A stretch of 64,000 nt of DNA, from the NCBI GenBank assembly GCA_046290465.1, contig JBKAGP010000001.1:4288001-4352000 (forward strand). The letters are read 5' to 3'. How positions within the stretch are numbered: position 1 is the stretch's first letter; every line of letters starts with the position of its first letter. Both the position numbers and the translations under genes were made by a program. Positions 48,542 through 59,541 of this stretch are shown piece by piece. The DNA is from Planctomycetota bacterium. GTDB taxonomy: Bacteria; Planctomycetota; UBA1135; UBA2386. The notes under the pieces were generated by a model. That model did not search any database. It was not told where the DNA came from and saw nothing but the letters and a program-made list of their open reading frames with translations.

Positions 48542-50887
48542 TCAGAGCTGCGAGTAGTGCAGCTCGATCGCGTCCGACGTGATCCAGCCGAACGGGTTGT
48601 GCCCCGGCGTGTAGACCGCCCACTGGAACGTCAGCAGGGCGCCGTCGGGGACGCCGAGGGGGATCGGCAGGCCGACCGTCGCAAAGCCGAACGGCGACAC
48701 GACCGCCGGCATCGCGGCGAGCAGCGGCAGGCCGAGTTCGAGCACGCAGCCCGGTGCGCCGGGGATGATCGACGACTGCGACACCGGGCTGATCATCAGC
48801 GCCGCGAGCGCGCCGGGCGGCGCCAGGGCGACGCTGAGCTGGTAGTCGTCGTTGCCGGCGTAGGCCGGGCCGTTGCTGGTCGCGATCGTCGGGGTCGTGC
48901 CGTTGGGGCCCGCGCACGGCAGGCCGGTGCGGATCTCGTTTGGGGCGACCGGCTCGAACCGTCGCGCGTGGATCTCGCTGGGGCCGGACGCGGGGCCGGT
49001 GTCGTCGGTCCACACGATCAACGTGCCGTCGGTCCCGTAGCCGAGTCCCGGGCCGAAGTAGCCGCGCGACGACACCTGCGGCCGGCCGGTGACCGGGCGC
49101 GCCGTCGGTTCGACCGGGCGGTCGTCGGTCGGCACGCTGCCGTCGGCCAGCACGCGGGCGGCGCGCACCACCGCGTTGGCCGCGGTGCTGCTGGCGGCCT
49201 CGTAGTAGGCGACGGTCCACTCGCTGACGCCGGCGCCGATCGACGGGGCGAACGCGTGCTGCGACGACGCCCGCACGGCGAACGGCGAGCCGATCGGCCC
49301 GTTCTCGTCGAACCGGTGCGCCTGGATCGTGCCGTTCTCCTGCCAGACGATGCAGTGGCCGCTGTTGTTGTAGAACTGCGATTCGTTGAGCACCGCGATG
49401 TCGGGCGTGCCCTCGTCGCCGAACTGGCTGCTGCCGCCCGGCACGCCGGCCACCGGATCGAGCAACGACAGCGTCGGCACCCCCGCGAACGAACCGGTGA
49501 TGCGCACCTCGAACGCGGCGCTCAGCACGTCGGCCTGCTGCAGGATGCCGCCGCCCGATGCCTCCCAGACCGCGCGCGTGCGCAGCTCGAACAGGTAGCT
49601 CGGCCACAGCTGCGAGTAGGGCTGCGCCGAACCCGGCAGGCGCACGTCGCGCACGTAGCCGCCGGACACGCTGTGCAGGTCCCAGGTCGTGCTCAGCGAC
49701 GGGGTCAACAGGTTGGCCGGGTTGATCCACGCGCGGGCCTGGATCTTGCGCGGCGCGCTGGCGCCGACCGGTTGGTAGTCCCAGGCGACGATCGCGATCT
49801 GGGCCGACGCGCCGGTGATGCTCGGGCGGCGGGTGTAGGCACCGATCGGCGGGGTCGCGATCGTGATCGTGTAGTCGAGCGATCCGGTCAACGGGTCGAT
49901 CGCGGCGCCGCGGATGCTGCCGACGGTGTCCCAGACGACGAGGAAGCGACCGCTGCAGAACGCGACGGCCGGGTTGCTGGCGTTGCGCAGGTTGGTCACG
50001 TTGAACACGTTGGTGCGCGGCGTGCCGTCACGTTCGTAGATGCGCGCGCGGATGTCCTGGATGCCCTGCGCCAGCGGCCTTTGCCAGGCGACCAGGAAGC
50101 CGCCGTTGAGGGTGTCGTGGGCGACGGCGGGCGAGTTGTCGTCGTAGAACGGATTGCCGATCGAGACCGTCGGCCCGACCGCTGGGTCGATGACCAGCGG
50201 CATCTCGGCGGCGTCGACGAACGCGGCGGCGACGCGCAGTTCGATGCGGCCCCTGCCGTCGTACGACGTCGCGACCTCGACCTGTCGGCCGCCGCCGTCG
50301 AAGGCGATCGCGCTGCCGTAGTGCAGCACCGGGGCGCCGTCGCGAGCGAACACCAGCGGCCCGTGGCGCGGCGCACACGCGGGTGCCTGCAGGTCGCCGT
50401 CGACGTCGATGCCGAGCACCAGGTCGCCCTCGCCGGCCGGCCGCGCGGCGAACACGAACGACTGCTCGAAGCCGGTGCCGGTCGCCTGGTAGCGCTCGGT
50501 GACCTGCGCGTGCTCGAACGACGCGACGTCGACCAGCCCGGTCGGATTGCGTCGAGCCGTGGGGTGGCGGGTGCCGGTCGCGCGACGCCACTCGGCGAGG
50601 CGCAGGCGCAGCAGGCCGCGGGCGTCGCCGTCACCGTCGAGCACGCGGATGGCGGCGCCGCGGGAGTCGAAGCGCGCCTCGTGGATCGTGCCGGTGGCGG
50701 TCAGCGCGCCGTCGGCGGTCGCGGTCAGGCGTTGCTGCGGTGTCGCCGCGCGGAGCGGCGCGACCACGCGTTCTACGGGGTGTTCTACTGGGCGTTCTAC
50801 GGGCGCGGCCTGGGCGGGGGCGAGCGCCGCCGTCAGGCCGACGATCGCGGCTGCGCGCAGCGCGAACGAAAGGCTGGAGTGTTGCAT
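48542..50887 (-). CDS. Large secreted protein (GFEQSF..IDP N-domain, propeller-like repeats, shared C-terminal domain)
   Basis: Signal APA-Q; FLVAW/FLVVW repeats; ends WITSDAIELHYSQL; paralog of 57040-59367. Confidence 0.7.
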   Translation of the reverse strand: MQHSSLSFALRAAAIVGLTAALAPAQAAPVERPVEHPVERVVAPLRAATPQQRLTATADGALTATGTIHEARFDSRGAAIRVLDGDGDARGLLRLRLAEWRRATGTRHPTARRNPTGLVDVASFEHAQVTERYQATGTGFEQSFVFAARPAGEGDLVLGIDVDGDLQAPACAPRHGPLVFARDGAPVLHYGSAIAFDGGGRQVEVATSYDGRGRIELRVAAAFVDAAEMPLVIDPAVGPTVSIGNPFYDDNSPAVAHDTLNGGFLVAWQRPLAQGIQDIRARIYERDGTPRTNVFNVTNLRNASNPAVAFCSGRFLVVWDTVGSIRGAAIDPLTGSLDYTITIATPPIGAYTRRPSITGASAQIAIVAWDYQPVGASAPRKIQARAWINPANLLTPSLSTTWDLHSVSGGYVRDVRLPGSAQPYSQLWPSYLFELRTRAVWEASGGGILQQADVLSAAFEVRITGSFAGVPTLSLLDPVAGVPGGSSQFGDEGTPDIAVLNESQFYNNSGHCIVWQENGTIQAHRFDENGPIGSPFAVRASSQHAFAPSIGAGVSEWTVAYYEAASSTAANAVVRAARVLADGSVPTDDRPVEPTARPVTGRPQVSSRGYFGPGLGYGTDGTLIVWTDDTGPASGPSEIHARRFEPVAPNEIRTGLPCAGPNGTTPTIATSNGPAYAGNDDYQLSVALAPPGALAALMISPVSQSSIIPGAPGCVLELGLPLLAAMPAVVSPFGFATVGLPIPLGVPDGALLTFQWAVYTPGHNPFGWITSDAIELHYSQL

Positions 50888-51069
50888 GCCACGGGTAGCG
50901 GCAGCGCTCGCCCGTGCCGCACCCGAATCCGCGGGATGCCGTTCCTTTCTCGACCCGTCGGGCCACGGGACCTCGGAGGGGCCTTACCGGGCGGGCAGTG
51001 CAGGTCCTATACAGGTGGCATGATTCTCATCGCAGGAGCCCCGGCGCGGGCCGAGACGGAGGAGTGCTG

Positions 51070-51951
51070 ATGGAGGACGTTCGCGAGATCACGCCGACGG
51101 TGCACGACCTCGGCGACTTCAAGGTTCGCCGGGTGTTGCCGAGTCGACCGCGCACGATGGTCGGGCCGTTCTTGTTCGTCGACGAATTCGGTCCCGCGCA
51201 GATGGCGACCGGCAAGGGCATGGACGTCCGGCCGCATCCGCACATCCACCTGGCCACGGTCACCTACCTGTTCGAGGGGGCGATCCACCACCGCGACAGC
51301 CTCGGCTCCAGCGCGGTGATCCGGCCGGGCGCGGTCAACCTGATGACGGCCGGTCGCGGCATCGTGCACAGCGAACGCTCGCCACAGGAAGAACGCGACC
51401 GCGGCGTGCGGCTCTACGGCATGCAGACCTGGCTGGCGCTGCCGGACGGCGGCGAGGACGTGGACCCGCGGTTCGATCACGTCGCGGCCGAGCAGCTGCC
51501 GGTGGTCGAGTCCGAAGGCGCCTCGGCCCGCGTGCTGATGGGCACGCTGTGGGGCGCGACCGCGGCGACGCCGCAGCACAGCCCGACGATCTACGCCGAC
51601 GTGGTGCTGCGCGGTGGCAAGGTCCCGGTCGACGCCGACGCCGACGAACGCGCGGTGCTGGCGACCGAGGGCGACGTGACGCTCGACGGCGCGCGGCTGG
51701 AGCCGTTCACGCTCTACGTGCTCGCGCCGGGCCACGCCGCGACGCTCGCCGGCACCGGTCGCGCGATGCTGCTGGGCGGCGAGGCGTTCGCGACGAGGCG
51801 CCACGTCTGGTGGAACTTCGTGTCGTCGAGCCGCGAGCGCATCGACCAGGCGAAGCGGGACTGGCAGGAGCATCGCTTTCCGCTCGTGCCGGGCGACGAG
51901 CACGAGCGCATCCCGATCCCGGACGTGCCCAAGACGCGCAGCCACGACTGA
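51070..51951 (+). CDS. Pirin family protein
   Basis: VGPF.F.D, PHPH..L.TVTYLF.G..H.DSLG, MTAG.GI.HSE, Q.W.ALP, WNFVSS. Confidence 0.95.
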   Translation: MEDVREITPTVHDLGDFKVRRVLPSRPRTMVGPFLFVDEFGPAQMATGKGMDVRPHPHIHLATVTYLFEGAIHHRDSLGSSAVIRPGAVNLMTAGRGIVHSERSPQEERDRGVRLYGMQTWLALPDGGEDVDPRFDHVAAEQLPVVESEGASARVLMGTLWGATAATPQHSPTIYADVVLRGGKVPVDADADERAVLATEGDVTLDGARLEPFTLYVLAPGHAATLAGTGRAMLLGGEAFATRRHVWWNFVSSSRERIDQAKRDWQEHRFPLVPGDEHERIPIPDVPKTRSHD

Positions 51952-52008
51952 CGACGGTCGCCGGCTACGGCTTCTCGATCGTGCCCCGGTAGTCGATCGC
52001 GACCACGC

Positions 52009-52527
52009 TTAGAAGCAGCGCGCCAGCCCGACGCCGATCAGCGGCCCGACGAACCACGCGCCGTTCGCCTGCGGGAGCGGCTGGCTGACCGACGGGAGCT
52101 GCGCCAGCACGATCGCAGAACCGCTGCCGATCGGCTTCGGCAGCAGCCGCAGTTCGAAGCCATCGGTCACGACCTGGCCGGTCAGCAGGTAGTCGCCGGG
52201 TGGCAGGTCGACCTCGATCCTGCCGTCGAAGCTGTGGGCCCATCCGTGGGAGCGGTTGCGCAGCGTCAGGTGCAGTTCGTGCACGCCCGGTTCGAGCAGG
52301 TAGCGGCGCGCGTCGTCGCTGCCGTCGACCGACCAGATGCGGGTGGCCGCCGCGCCGCGCCGACGGCGGCCGCCGTTGACGCCGCCGTCCTCCTCGATGA
52401 TCGCCAGGATGTGCTCCGGCATCTCGGGCGGCGCCAGGTCCAGCGTCGCGGCGCACGACGTCAGGGACAGCAGGGTCAGGGAAGCCGCCAGCAGGCAGGC
52501 GGCAGCAGCGGGTGTGCGTTGCGTCAT
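52009..52527 (-). CDS. Hypothetical lipoprotein
   Basis: Lipobox LTSC; beta-rich SVDG..YLLEPGVHEL; hydrophobic C-terminus. Confidence 0.6.
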   Translation of the reverse strand: MTQRTPAAAACLLAASLTLLSLTSCAATLDLAPPEMPEHILAIIEEDGGVNGGRRRRGAAATRIWSVDGSDDARRYLLEPGVHELHLTLRNRSHGWAHSFDGRIEVDLPPGDYLLTGQVVTDGFELRLLPKPIGSGSAIVLAQLPSVSQPLPQANGAWFVGPLIGVGLARCF

Positions 52528-52640
52528 GTCGGCACGTCGCGGCGGCGACGGCCGCGCCAAGCGCGACCGTGGTCGGGGTGTTGCGCAGGGAGACGCGAAC
52601 CGGGTTGCAACAGGTCGGTGCGCACTGCTCCACTGGCCCC

Positions 52641-53288
52641 ATGTCCGAGCAACCGCCGGTGCGACTGGAGTCCCTCGAAGGCGAAGGCGACGGCCGCCGC
52701 TACTCGCCGTCGGCCGGCCGCAACCGGGAGGCGCTGGTCGACGCCCTGGTCGCCGAACTGCCCGAACGCGGCAGGTGCCTCGAGGTCGCGGCAGGAACGG
52801 GGGAGCACGCGGTGCTGGCGGCGACCCGGTTGCCGGGTTGGACCTGGCTGCCGACCGATCGGGATCCCGAGGCGCTGGCCTCGATCCGCGCCTGGGTCGC
52901 CCACGCTGCGCTGCCCAACCTGCGCGAGCCGGCGGCGCTGGACCTCGCCGATGCGTGGCCGTGTGCACCGGCGTCGCTCGACGCGGTGTTCGCCAGCAAC
53001 GTGATGCACATCGCGCCGATCGCGACCACCGAGGCGCTGTTCCGCGGTGCGGCGACCCACCTCGGACCCGGCGGCGTGCTGCTGGTCTACGGCGCGGTGT
53101 TCCTGCCCGACGAGCCGCGGCCCGCGGGCAACGTCTCGTTCGACCGCGAACTGCGCGAGCAAGACCCGGCCTACGGAGTGCGCACGCTGGCCGAGATCTC
53201 GCAGCTTGCGCATTCCAACGGCCTGTCGGCACCGTCGGTGCGGCGGATGCCGGCCAACAACGTGATGCTGCGGTTCGAGCTCGCCTGA
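52641..53288 (+). CDS. DUF938-family SAM-dependent methyltransferase
   Basis: SA.RN, LEVAAGTGEHA, W.PTD, N..HI, YG, N..FD..L, MPANN. Confidence 0.88.
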   Translation: MSEQPPVRLESLEGEGDGRRYSPSAGRNREALVDALVAELPERGRCLEVAAGTGEHAVLAATRLPGWTWLPTDRDPEALASIRAWVAHAALPNLREPAALDLADAWPCAPASLDAVFASNVMHIAPIATTEALFRGAATHLGPGGVLLVYGAVFLPDEPRPAGNVSFDRELREQDPAYGVRTLAEISQLAHSNGLSAPSVRRMPANNVMLRFELA

Positions 53289-53362
53289 CCCGGGCGTCGC
53301 AGTTTCGTCGCTTCTGGCCTGCCGCCTCTGCGCGGCCGCGCCCGATCGGCCACAATGCGCCG

Positions 53363-54868
53363 ATGAGCTCCCTCCGACTCGTTCCTGCCGTGTTGCTGTG
53401 CAGCGCGTTCGCGTTGCCGGCGCAGCAGCCGGCCGAAGCGTCGACCGACGCCTGGATGAACTGCTTCGCCGTGGTCGCGGGCAAGGACTGCACCGTCGAC
53501 GGCAGCGTCCTGGTCGCGCACAACGAGGACAGCGGCGTCGACTCCGCCGTGCACCACTGGAAGGTCCCCGCATACCGCCACTCGGAGGGTTCCGTGCGAA
53601 CGCTGCTCGAGGGTGGCACGGTGCCGTACGATGCCGAGACGCCGGCGTACATCTGGTGCCAGATGCCGGGGCTGAAGTACTCGGACACCTACTTCAACGA
53701 GCACGGCGTCGCGGTCGTGACCAACGCGTGCAAGTCGCGCGAGGACCGGCCCGAGCTGACCGACGGCGGCATCACGCTGCTGCTGCGCCGGATCGTCGGC
53801 GTGCGCGCGACGTCGGCGCGGCACGGCGTCGAGATCGCGACCGGGCTGCTGGCGCGGTTCGGCTACGGCGACAGCGGTCGCTGCATGACGATCGCCGACG
53901 GCAAGGAGGCGTGGATCCTCGACATGGTGCACGGCAAGCACTGGGCGGCGGCGCGCGTCCCGGACGATCGGGTCGCGGTGGTGGCCAACCACTTCTCGAT
54001 CCACCACGTCGATCCGGACGACACCGACAACTTCGTGCTGAGTCCGCGGCTGATCGAGTACGCGACCGAACGCGGCTGGTACGACGCCGAGCGCGACGGC
54101 CCGTTCGACTTCGCGACCGTCTACGGCGGCGACGGCGCGCGCCGCCACCGCAGCAACGTGCGCCGCGCCTGGCGCGCCAACAACCTGATCGGCGCCGAGC
54201 AGGTCGCCGAGGCCTGGCTGCAGCCGACATTCGTCGCGCCCAAGCGCAAGGTCGGTCTGCGCGACCTGATGGGCGTGCTGCGGGACCACTACGAGGGCAC
54301 GGAGTACGACAAGTCGCTCGGCTACCACCTGAGCACGCCCAACAAGAACGGCGCCACGATCTGCGCCGGCGGCACGTCGTTCTCGACGGTGTTCCAGCTG
54401 CGCACAGACCTGCCGCCCGCGATCGGCGCGGTGATGTGGATCGCGATGGGGCGGCCCGACGCCAGCGTCTACGTGCCGTGGTACGCGGGCATCGATCAGG
54501 TGCCCGACGGCTATTCGACCGGCACCTGGCTGGAGGCCGAGATGCGCCACATGGATCCGGGGTTCCAGAAGCTCGGTTCGCCGGCACGCTTCGCCGCGGT
54601 CAACGACTACCAGCGCCGCCTCGACCGCGTCTACGGCAGCCACTTCCACGAGATGGACGACGCGCGCGACGCGCTCGAGGCGAAGTGGATCGCGGCGCAG
54701 CCGGCGTTCGAGGCCAGGATGGCGCGGCTGCATGCGAAGGATCCGGCCGGGGCGAAGCGGGCGCTGACCCGCCACTGTGCGGAGCTGCAGAGCGAGGCTG
54801 CCGAGCAGGTGGCCGACTGGGCGGCCAGGCTGCAGCAGGCGACGGCGGCCTCGGCGCGCGGCCGGTAG
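53363..54868 (+). CDS. Secreted C69-family dipeptidase (Ntn hydrolase)
   Basis: Signal LPA-Q; C..V.G..T.DGS...AHNED, NEHGV, LRDHYEGT. Confidence 0.85.
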   Translation: MSSLRLVPAVLLCSAFALPAQQPAEASTDAWMNCFAVVAGKDCTVDGSVLVAHNEDSGVDSAVHHWKVPAYRHSEGSVRTLLEGGTVPYDAETPAYIWCQMPGLKYSDTYFNEHGVAVVTNACKSREDRPELTDGGITLLLRRIVGVRATSARHGVEIATGLLARFGYGDSGRCMTIADGKEAWILDMVHGKHWAAARVPDDRVAVVANHFSIHHVDPDDTDNFVLSPRLIEYATERGWYDAERDGPFDFATVYGGDGARRHRSNVRRAWRANNLIGAEQVAEAWLQPTFVAPKRKVGLRDLMGVLRDHYEGTEYDKSLGYHLSTPNKNGATICAGGTSFSTVFQLRTDLPPAIGAVMWIAMGRPDASVYVPWYAGIDQVPDGYSTGTWLEAEMRHMDPGFQKLGSPARFAAVNDYQRRLDRVYGSHFHEMDDARDALEAKWIAAQPAFEARMARLHAKDPAGAKRALTRHCAELQSEAAEQVADWAARLQQATAASARGR

Positions 54869-55204
54869 GCGTCGCCGATCGCGGTCCGGTGCGCGATGGC
54901 GCGCACCACCGCCACCTCGCTGCCGTGATGCCGACGCCCGCTGCTCGGCGGCGGCACGAGCACCACCGTGCGCGACGACGCCGTTGGCACGGGGAGTTGC
55001 GTAGGAGCTCGAGTGCGCACGGGCCGAGCCGCGAACGCGCACGTGCCCGCCGGCGAACGTGCGAGTGATCAGGGCCATTTCCAGCACCGTGGCCGCATGT
55101 GCCCGCTGCCCCGGAAATGTGTCCATCGAACGGTCCCCGCCCAAATGCGTCTCACGGGGCACGTATCAGCGCCCGCTCGCAATCCACGAACCCCAGGTGC
55201 TGCG

Positions 55205-57031
55205 ATGGAGACGTTCGAGAACAGAGTTGGTGCGACCGGTGCGGTCGCCTCGTCGATCCGGTCGAGTTCGTTCGGTTGCGCGCTGTGCGCGATCGCGGTC
55301 GCGCAGGCGCCGCAGCCGTTCGCGCCGCCACAGCTGAGCCCGTACGACTCGGTGTCGCCCGACATCGCGGCGCTCGACGCCAATCGCGACGGGCAGGTCG
55401 ACGTGTTGTCGCCGGGGCTGTTCTTCGGCTCGCTGCTGGTGAGCATCGACGAGCACGGCCGCACGCTGGCGAGCAGCCCGGTCACCGCCGGCTTCGTCGC
55501 CAACCCGCGCCACACGGTGTCGCCGGCGCCGATCGCGGTGCACGGCGGCGACCTCGACGGCGACGGCCGCGAGGACCTGATCTTCGTCACCTCCGAGGGT
55601 TCCGTGCACGTGCAGCGCAACCTCGGGGCGCGGCGGCTGGCTGCGATCGACTTCGCGCCGCCGCAGACGATCTCCTACGTCGGCGGTCTGCTGCCCAACT
55701 CGCCGCCGTTCTCGCGCATCACCGTCGCGACGATCGTCGTCGACGACTTCGACGGCAACGGCGAGGCCGACATCGCGGTCGGCTTCGGCGTGCACGACGG
55801 CTGGAACGCGGTCGCGCGGCCGGGCCTGGTCGCGTGCTACCTCGCCGACGGTGCCGGAGCCTACGTGTCGCGCGTGCTGCCGCTCACCGGCAGCGTCTGT
55901 GACCTCGAGTGGGCCGACCTCGACGGCGACGGCCAGCGTGACCACTTCGTCGTCGTGGCGGAGGACGGCGGCAACGGCGCCTACTTCCACCACCTGCACC
56001 ACCTGTGCGTGCAGAACGGCGCGCTGGTGCCGGTCGGGGCCGCGGTCGCGCTCGGAACGGCTCGTCCGGTCGCGTTGGAGGTCGGTGACGTCGACCTCGA
56101 CGGCATGCCGGACTACGTGCTGGCGATGCTGCAGACGGTCGCCGGCCAGGTCGACGCATCGGTCGTCATGTATCCCGGGGACGGAGCCGGCAATCCGAAC
56201 GTCGCGATGAGCAGCACGCTGCCGTTGCCGCCGGCCGCCGGCATCGGTTCGTTCGTGCCGTCGCTGCAGGTCGACGACTTCAACGGCGACGGGGTGCTCG
56301 ACATCGCGACGCTGCGGGGCACGTTGACGACCTACCCGTCGACGTCGACGCCGAGCGAGGTCGGCGAGGCCGAGCTGATCGTGCACATGGGGCCGACGCC
56401 GTTCCTGGCATCGCCGCAGACGGTGCCACTGGCGACCAAGGTCTACTTCGGCGACACCACGACAACGCTGTCGGCGGTGCGCCCGGTGTGGACCGAGCCC
56501 GACATGCTGTGCACGTTCGACCTGGGCAGTGACGGCAACGCCGACCTGATGATCGCCGGGGCGCGCACGCTGGCGCAGCCCAACTCGGTCACGCGCGTCA
56601 CGCTGCGCAACGGTTCGCCGCCGCGGCTCGGGCTGCCGGCACGCGTCAAGGTCGGCGAGCCGTCGGGCGGCGATCCCACGCGGCCGGCGCGCATCGGCTT
56701 CGACGGGGTGCCGCGCCTGGGCAACGCGGGCTTTCGGTGCACGATCCAGAACGTGCGCGCCAACTGCCTGTGCGGCCTGATGTGGGGGCCGCTCGCGCAG
56801 CAGAACGTCGCCAGCGTCTACGGCTTCGACCTGCACGTCCTGCCGCAGCACCTCGGCCAGCCGCTGATCGCCACCGGGGCGCCGGGCGCGGGCTTCGCGT
56901 CCTACCAGCTGCCGATCCCCAACGCCGCGGCGCTGGTCGGCGACGCCGGCTGCTTCCAGTTCAACTACTACGACCCGGCGATCGACGCCTTCGGCGCGAG
57001 CCAGGGCACGGGTCTTTGGATCGGCAACTGA
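55205..57031 (+). CDS. Secreted FG-GAP/VCBS-repeat protein with shared C-terminal domain
   Basis: Repeated D(L/F)DGDG..D motifs; AVA-Q; ends FQ..YYDP...ASQGTGLWIGN. Confidence 0.8.
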   Translation: METFENRVGATGAVASSIRSSSFGCALCAIAVAQAPQPFAPPQLSPYDSVSPDIAALDANRDGQVDVLSPGLFFGSLLVSIDEHGRTLASSPVTAGFVANPRHTVSPAPIAVHGGDLDGDGREDLIFVTSEGSVHVQRNLGARRLAAIDFAPPQTISYVGGLLPNSPPFSRITVATIVVDDFDGNGEADIAVGFGVHDGWNAVARPGLVACYLADGAGAYVSRVLPLTGSVCDLEWADLDGDGQRDHFVVVAEDGGNGAYFHHLHHLCVQNGALVPVGAAVALGTARPVALEVGDVDLDGMPDYVLAMLQTVAGQVDASVVMYPGDGAGNPNVAMSSTLPLPPAAGIGSFVPSLQVDDFNGDGVLDIATLRGTLTTYPSTSTPSEVGEAELIVHMGPTPFLASPQTVPLATKVYFGDTTTTLSAVRPVWTEPDMLCTFDLGSDGNADLMIAGARTLAQPNSVTRVTLRNGSPPRLGLPARVKVGEPSGGDPTRPARIGFDGVPRLGNAGFRCTIQNVRANCLCGLMWGPLAQQNVASVYGFDLHVLPQHLGQPLIATGAPGAGFASYQLPIPNAAALVGDAGCFQFNYYDPAIDAFGASQGTGLWIGN

Positions 57032-57039
57032 GCGGCGCT

Positions 57040-59367
57040 TCAGAAGTGCGACCAGCTGATGTCGAGGTCGTCCGAGACGATCCAGCCGAACGCGTTCCAA
57101 CCGGGCGTCCAGACGGCCCACTGGAACGCCAGCTGCGCACTGCCCGGTAGCGAGATCGGCATCGGCACGAACGCGACGGCGTCACCGGCGGGGTCGACGA
57201 CGACCGGCAGGATGTCGAGCACCGGAGCGCCCGCGTAGAGGAAGCAGCCGGGTGCTCCCGGGATCGCGGTCGTCGTCAGTTGTTCGCTGATCACCAGCGC
57301 GGCGATCGTCGTCGGCGGCGAGTCGGTCAGGGTGAAGCGGAAGTCGGTGTTGCCGGCGATCGGATCGCCGCCGGCCGTGCCGATCGCCGGTAGCTCGCCG
57401 AGCGGTCCGGGGCACGCCGTGCCGAACGGCGAACTCGACGCGACCACCGGTTCGAAGCGGCGCAGTCGGACCTTGTTGAGCCCCGAGCCGGTGCCGGTGG
57501 CGCCACGCCAGGCGAACATCGCGGTGTTGCGCCGCGCGCCGCCGTTGGCCACCGGCAGCGGTTGCGAGGCGGCGCGCAGGCGGTCCTGGAACGGCCCGTT
57601 GAGCACGTCGATCGCGCGATCGTCGATCGCCTTGGTGCCGTCGAGCAGCACCCGCGCCGCACGCACGTTGCGCGCGAACTCGTTGGGCGGCGTCGCCTCG
57701 AAGTAGGCGACCGAGAACTCGGCGGCGCCGGCGGCCACCGCCGGCTCGGTCTCGTGGTCGCTGCCGGAGCGCACGTCGATGACGCTGCCGACGGGGCCGT
57801 TGAGGTCGTAGCGATGGGCCTGCACGTCGTCCTGGTCGTTCCACGCGACCAGGTAGGTGGCGTCGTTGCCGTAGGCGTAGAACGCATGGGTGTGCACCGC
57901 GATGGCCGGCTGGCTCTCGTCGTCGCCGATCGAGCTCGCGCCGATCACCAGCTGCGGACCGTTGAGCAGCTGGAACTGATCCTGTCGGCGCGCGCGGAAC
58001 AGCGACGTGCGCACGTCGAAGTCCCCCGGCAAAGGGCTCGGGTAGAACCGTTCCCAGACGGCGCGGCTGACGTCCCAGAAGACGTTGGCGCCGGTGCCCT
58101 GCTGCATCAGCAGGTTCTGGGCGAGGCGCACGTTGCGCACGAATCCGGTGGTCGCCGTGTCGAGCACGTGTTCGCTGTCGCAGACCAGCTGTGCCTGCGA
58201 GTTGATGGCGTGCACGTGCGCAGTCAGGATCTGGTTGGGGTCGTTCGCCCCCGCGGCGGTCCGGTCCCAGGCGACCTGCACGCCGGCGAAGTAGGCGGTG
58301 CGGCCGGAGACCGCGGGTCGCCGATCGCGAGCGCCGGGACCGGGCTGGCCGATGTCGATCGCCGCCAGCAGCGGCGCGCCGTCGCTGGCCCGGAAGTGCG
58401 CCAGCTGCACGCGGTCGCCGCGTTCGTAGGCCACGACGAAGCCCGCCGGCCCCCACATCGAAGTCGGCGCGATCGACGGCTGGCGGCTCTGGCCGTTGCC
58501 GGTCAACGCGACCATGGTGCCGACGGCAGCGCCGTCGCGGTCGTAGAGCTGGCCGCGCAGGTCGGTCGAGCCCGACGTCCACGTCCTGGTCCAGACGACC
58601 AGGTAGTGCTCGGTCGACTCCTCGAACGCGACGTCGGGCTGCGAGTCGTTGTAGTAGGGGCCACCGGGGCTCAGCACCGGCCCGACCGCGGGATCGACGA
58701 CCACCGGGTAGCTCGCCGCATCGAGGAACGCGCCGGGCACGATCAGCTCGATGCGGCCGTGACCGTCGTAGCGCGTCGCGACCTCGACCGGATCGCCGCC
58801 GCGCTCGAACACGATCGCCTCGCCGTAGCGGACGGCGTCGCCGGCGGGCGAACGAAACTCGATCGCCTGGTGCTCTGCGGTGGTCCTCGCTGCGACGTGG
58901 TCGCCGGTGACCGCCACCCCGAGCACCAGGTCGCCGTGGCCGGCGGGCCGCTGGCGCAGCACGAACGACTGCTCGAAGCCGGACGCGCATAGCGTGTAGC
59001 GCTCGACCAGATCCCCGTGATCGTAGACCACCGTCGCGGCGCCCTGCCGTCGGCCGGCCGCGTGCGGATCGACGTCGAGCGCGACCGAACGAGCGGCGTC
59101 GTGCAGCCGCAGCGTCAGCGGGGCGTGCGAGCGCGGGTCGGCGGCGCCGGTCCAGATGCCCGCGCCGGCGGCGTCGAAGCGAGCCCGGTAGCAGGCACCG
59201 TCTGCCTGCAGCGAGCCGTCCGCGGCCCGGAACAGGCCGGCGCCGTGCCGGCGCGCGGCGAGGTCTGCGGCGAGACCTTCTCGTTGTGCTGCGACGGAGG
59301 TCAGGCCGGAGAACAGCGCGGTCGCCAGGGCGGCCACGCGAACGAACGTGCGGGGAGAGCGGGTCAT
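57040..59367 (-). CDS. Large secreted protein, paralog of 48542-50887
   Basis: Signal VAA-Q; GFEQSF..RPAG.GDLVL..YPVVVDPAVGP; ends WIVSDDLDISWSHF. Confidence 0.7.
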   Translation of the reverse strand: MTRSPRTFVRVAALATALFSGLTSVAAQREGLAADLAARRHGAGLFRAADGSLQADGACYRARFDAAGAGIWTGAADPRSHAPLTLRLHDAARSVALDVDPHAAGRRQGAATVVYDHGDLVERYTLCASGFEQSFVLRQRPAGHGDLVLGVAVTGDHVAARTTAEHQAIEFRSPAGDAVRYGEAIVFERGGDPVEVATRYDGHGRIELIVPGAFLDAASYPVVVDPAVGPVLSPGGPYYNDSQPDVAFEESTEHYLVVWTRTWTSGSTDLRGQLYDRDGAAVGTMVALTGNGQSRQPSIAPTSMWGPAGFVVAYERGDRVQLAHFRASDGAPLLAAIDIGQPGPGARDRRPAVSGRTAYFAGVQVAWDRTAAGANDPNQILTAHVHAINSQAQLVCDSEHVLDTATTGFVRNVRLAQNLLMQQGTGANVFWDVSRAVWERFYPSPLPGDFDVRTSLFRARRQDQFQLLNGPQLVIGASSIGDDESQPAIAVHTHAFYAYGNDATYLVAWNDQDDVQAHRYDLNGPVGSVIDVRSGSDHETEPAVAAGAAEFSVAYFEATPPNEFARNVRAARVLLDGTKAIDDRAIDVLNGPFQDRLRAASQPLPVANGGARRNTAMFAWRGATGTGSGLNKVRLRRFEPVVASSSPFGTACPGPLGELPAIGTAGGDPIAGNTDFRFTLTDSPPTTIAALVISEQLTTTAIPGAPGCFLYAGAPVLDILPVVVDPAGDAVAFVPMPISLPGSAQLAFQWAVWTPGWNAFGWIVSDDLDISWSHF

Positions 59368-59541
59368 GGCACCTTGTGGAGGTGCCGTGGAAGTGACGGC
59401 TCGACGGCCGTGTCGCGCCCAAAATGCAGAATCGTCCGCTGGGATCCCGGGGCTGCCCGTTGCGGCGGGGTGGGTGGCCCGGTCGGGCGGCCCTACAATC
59501 GGCCGTTCCCGTTCCTCCCACCCCCCCCCCGAAGGACCGCC

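Noticed and set aside
50768..50803. 12-bp tandem repeat (GTTCTAC core)
   Set aside because: Simply encodes a PVER-PVEH-PVER linker after the signal peptide
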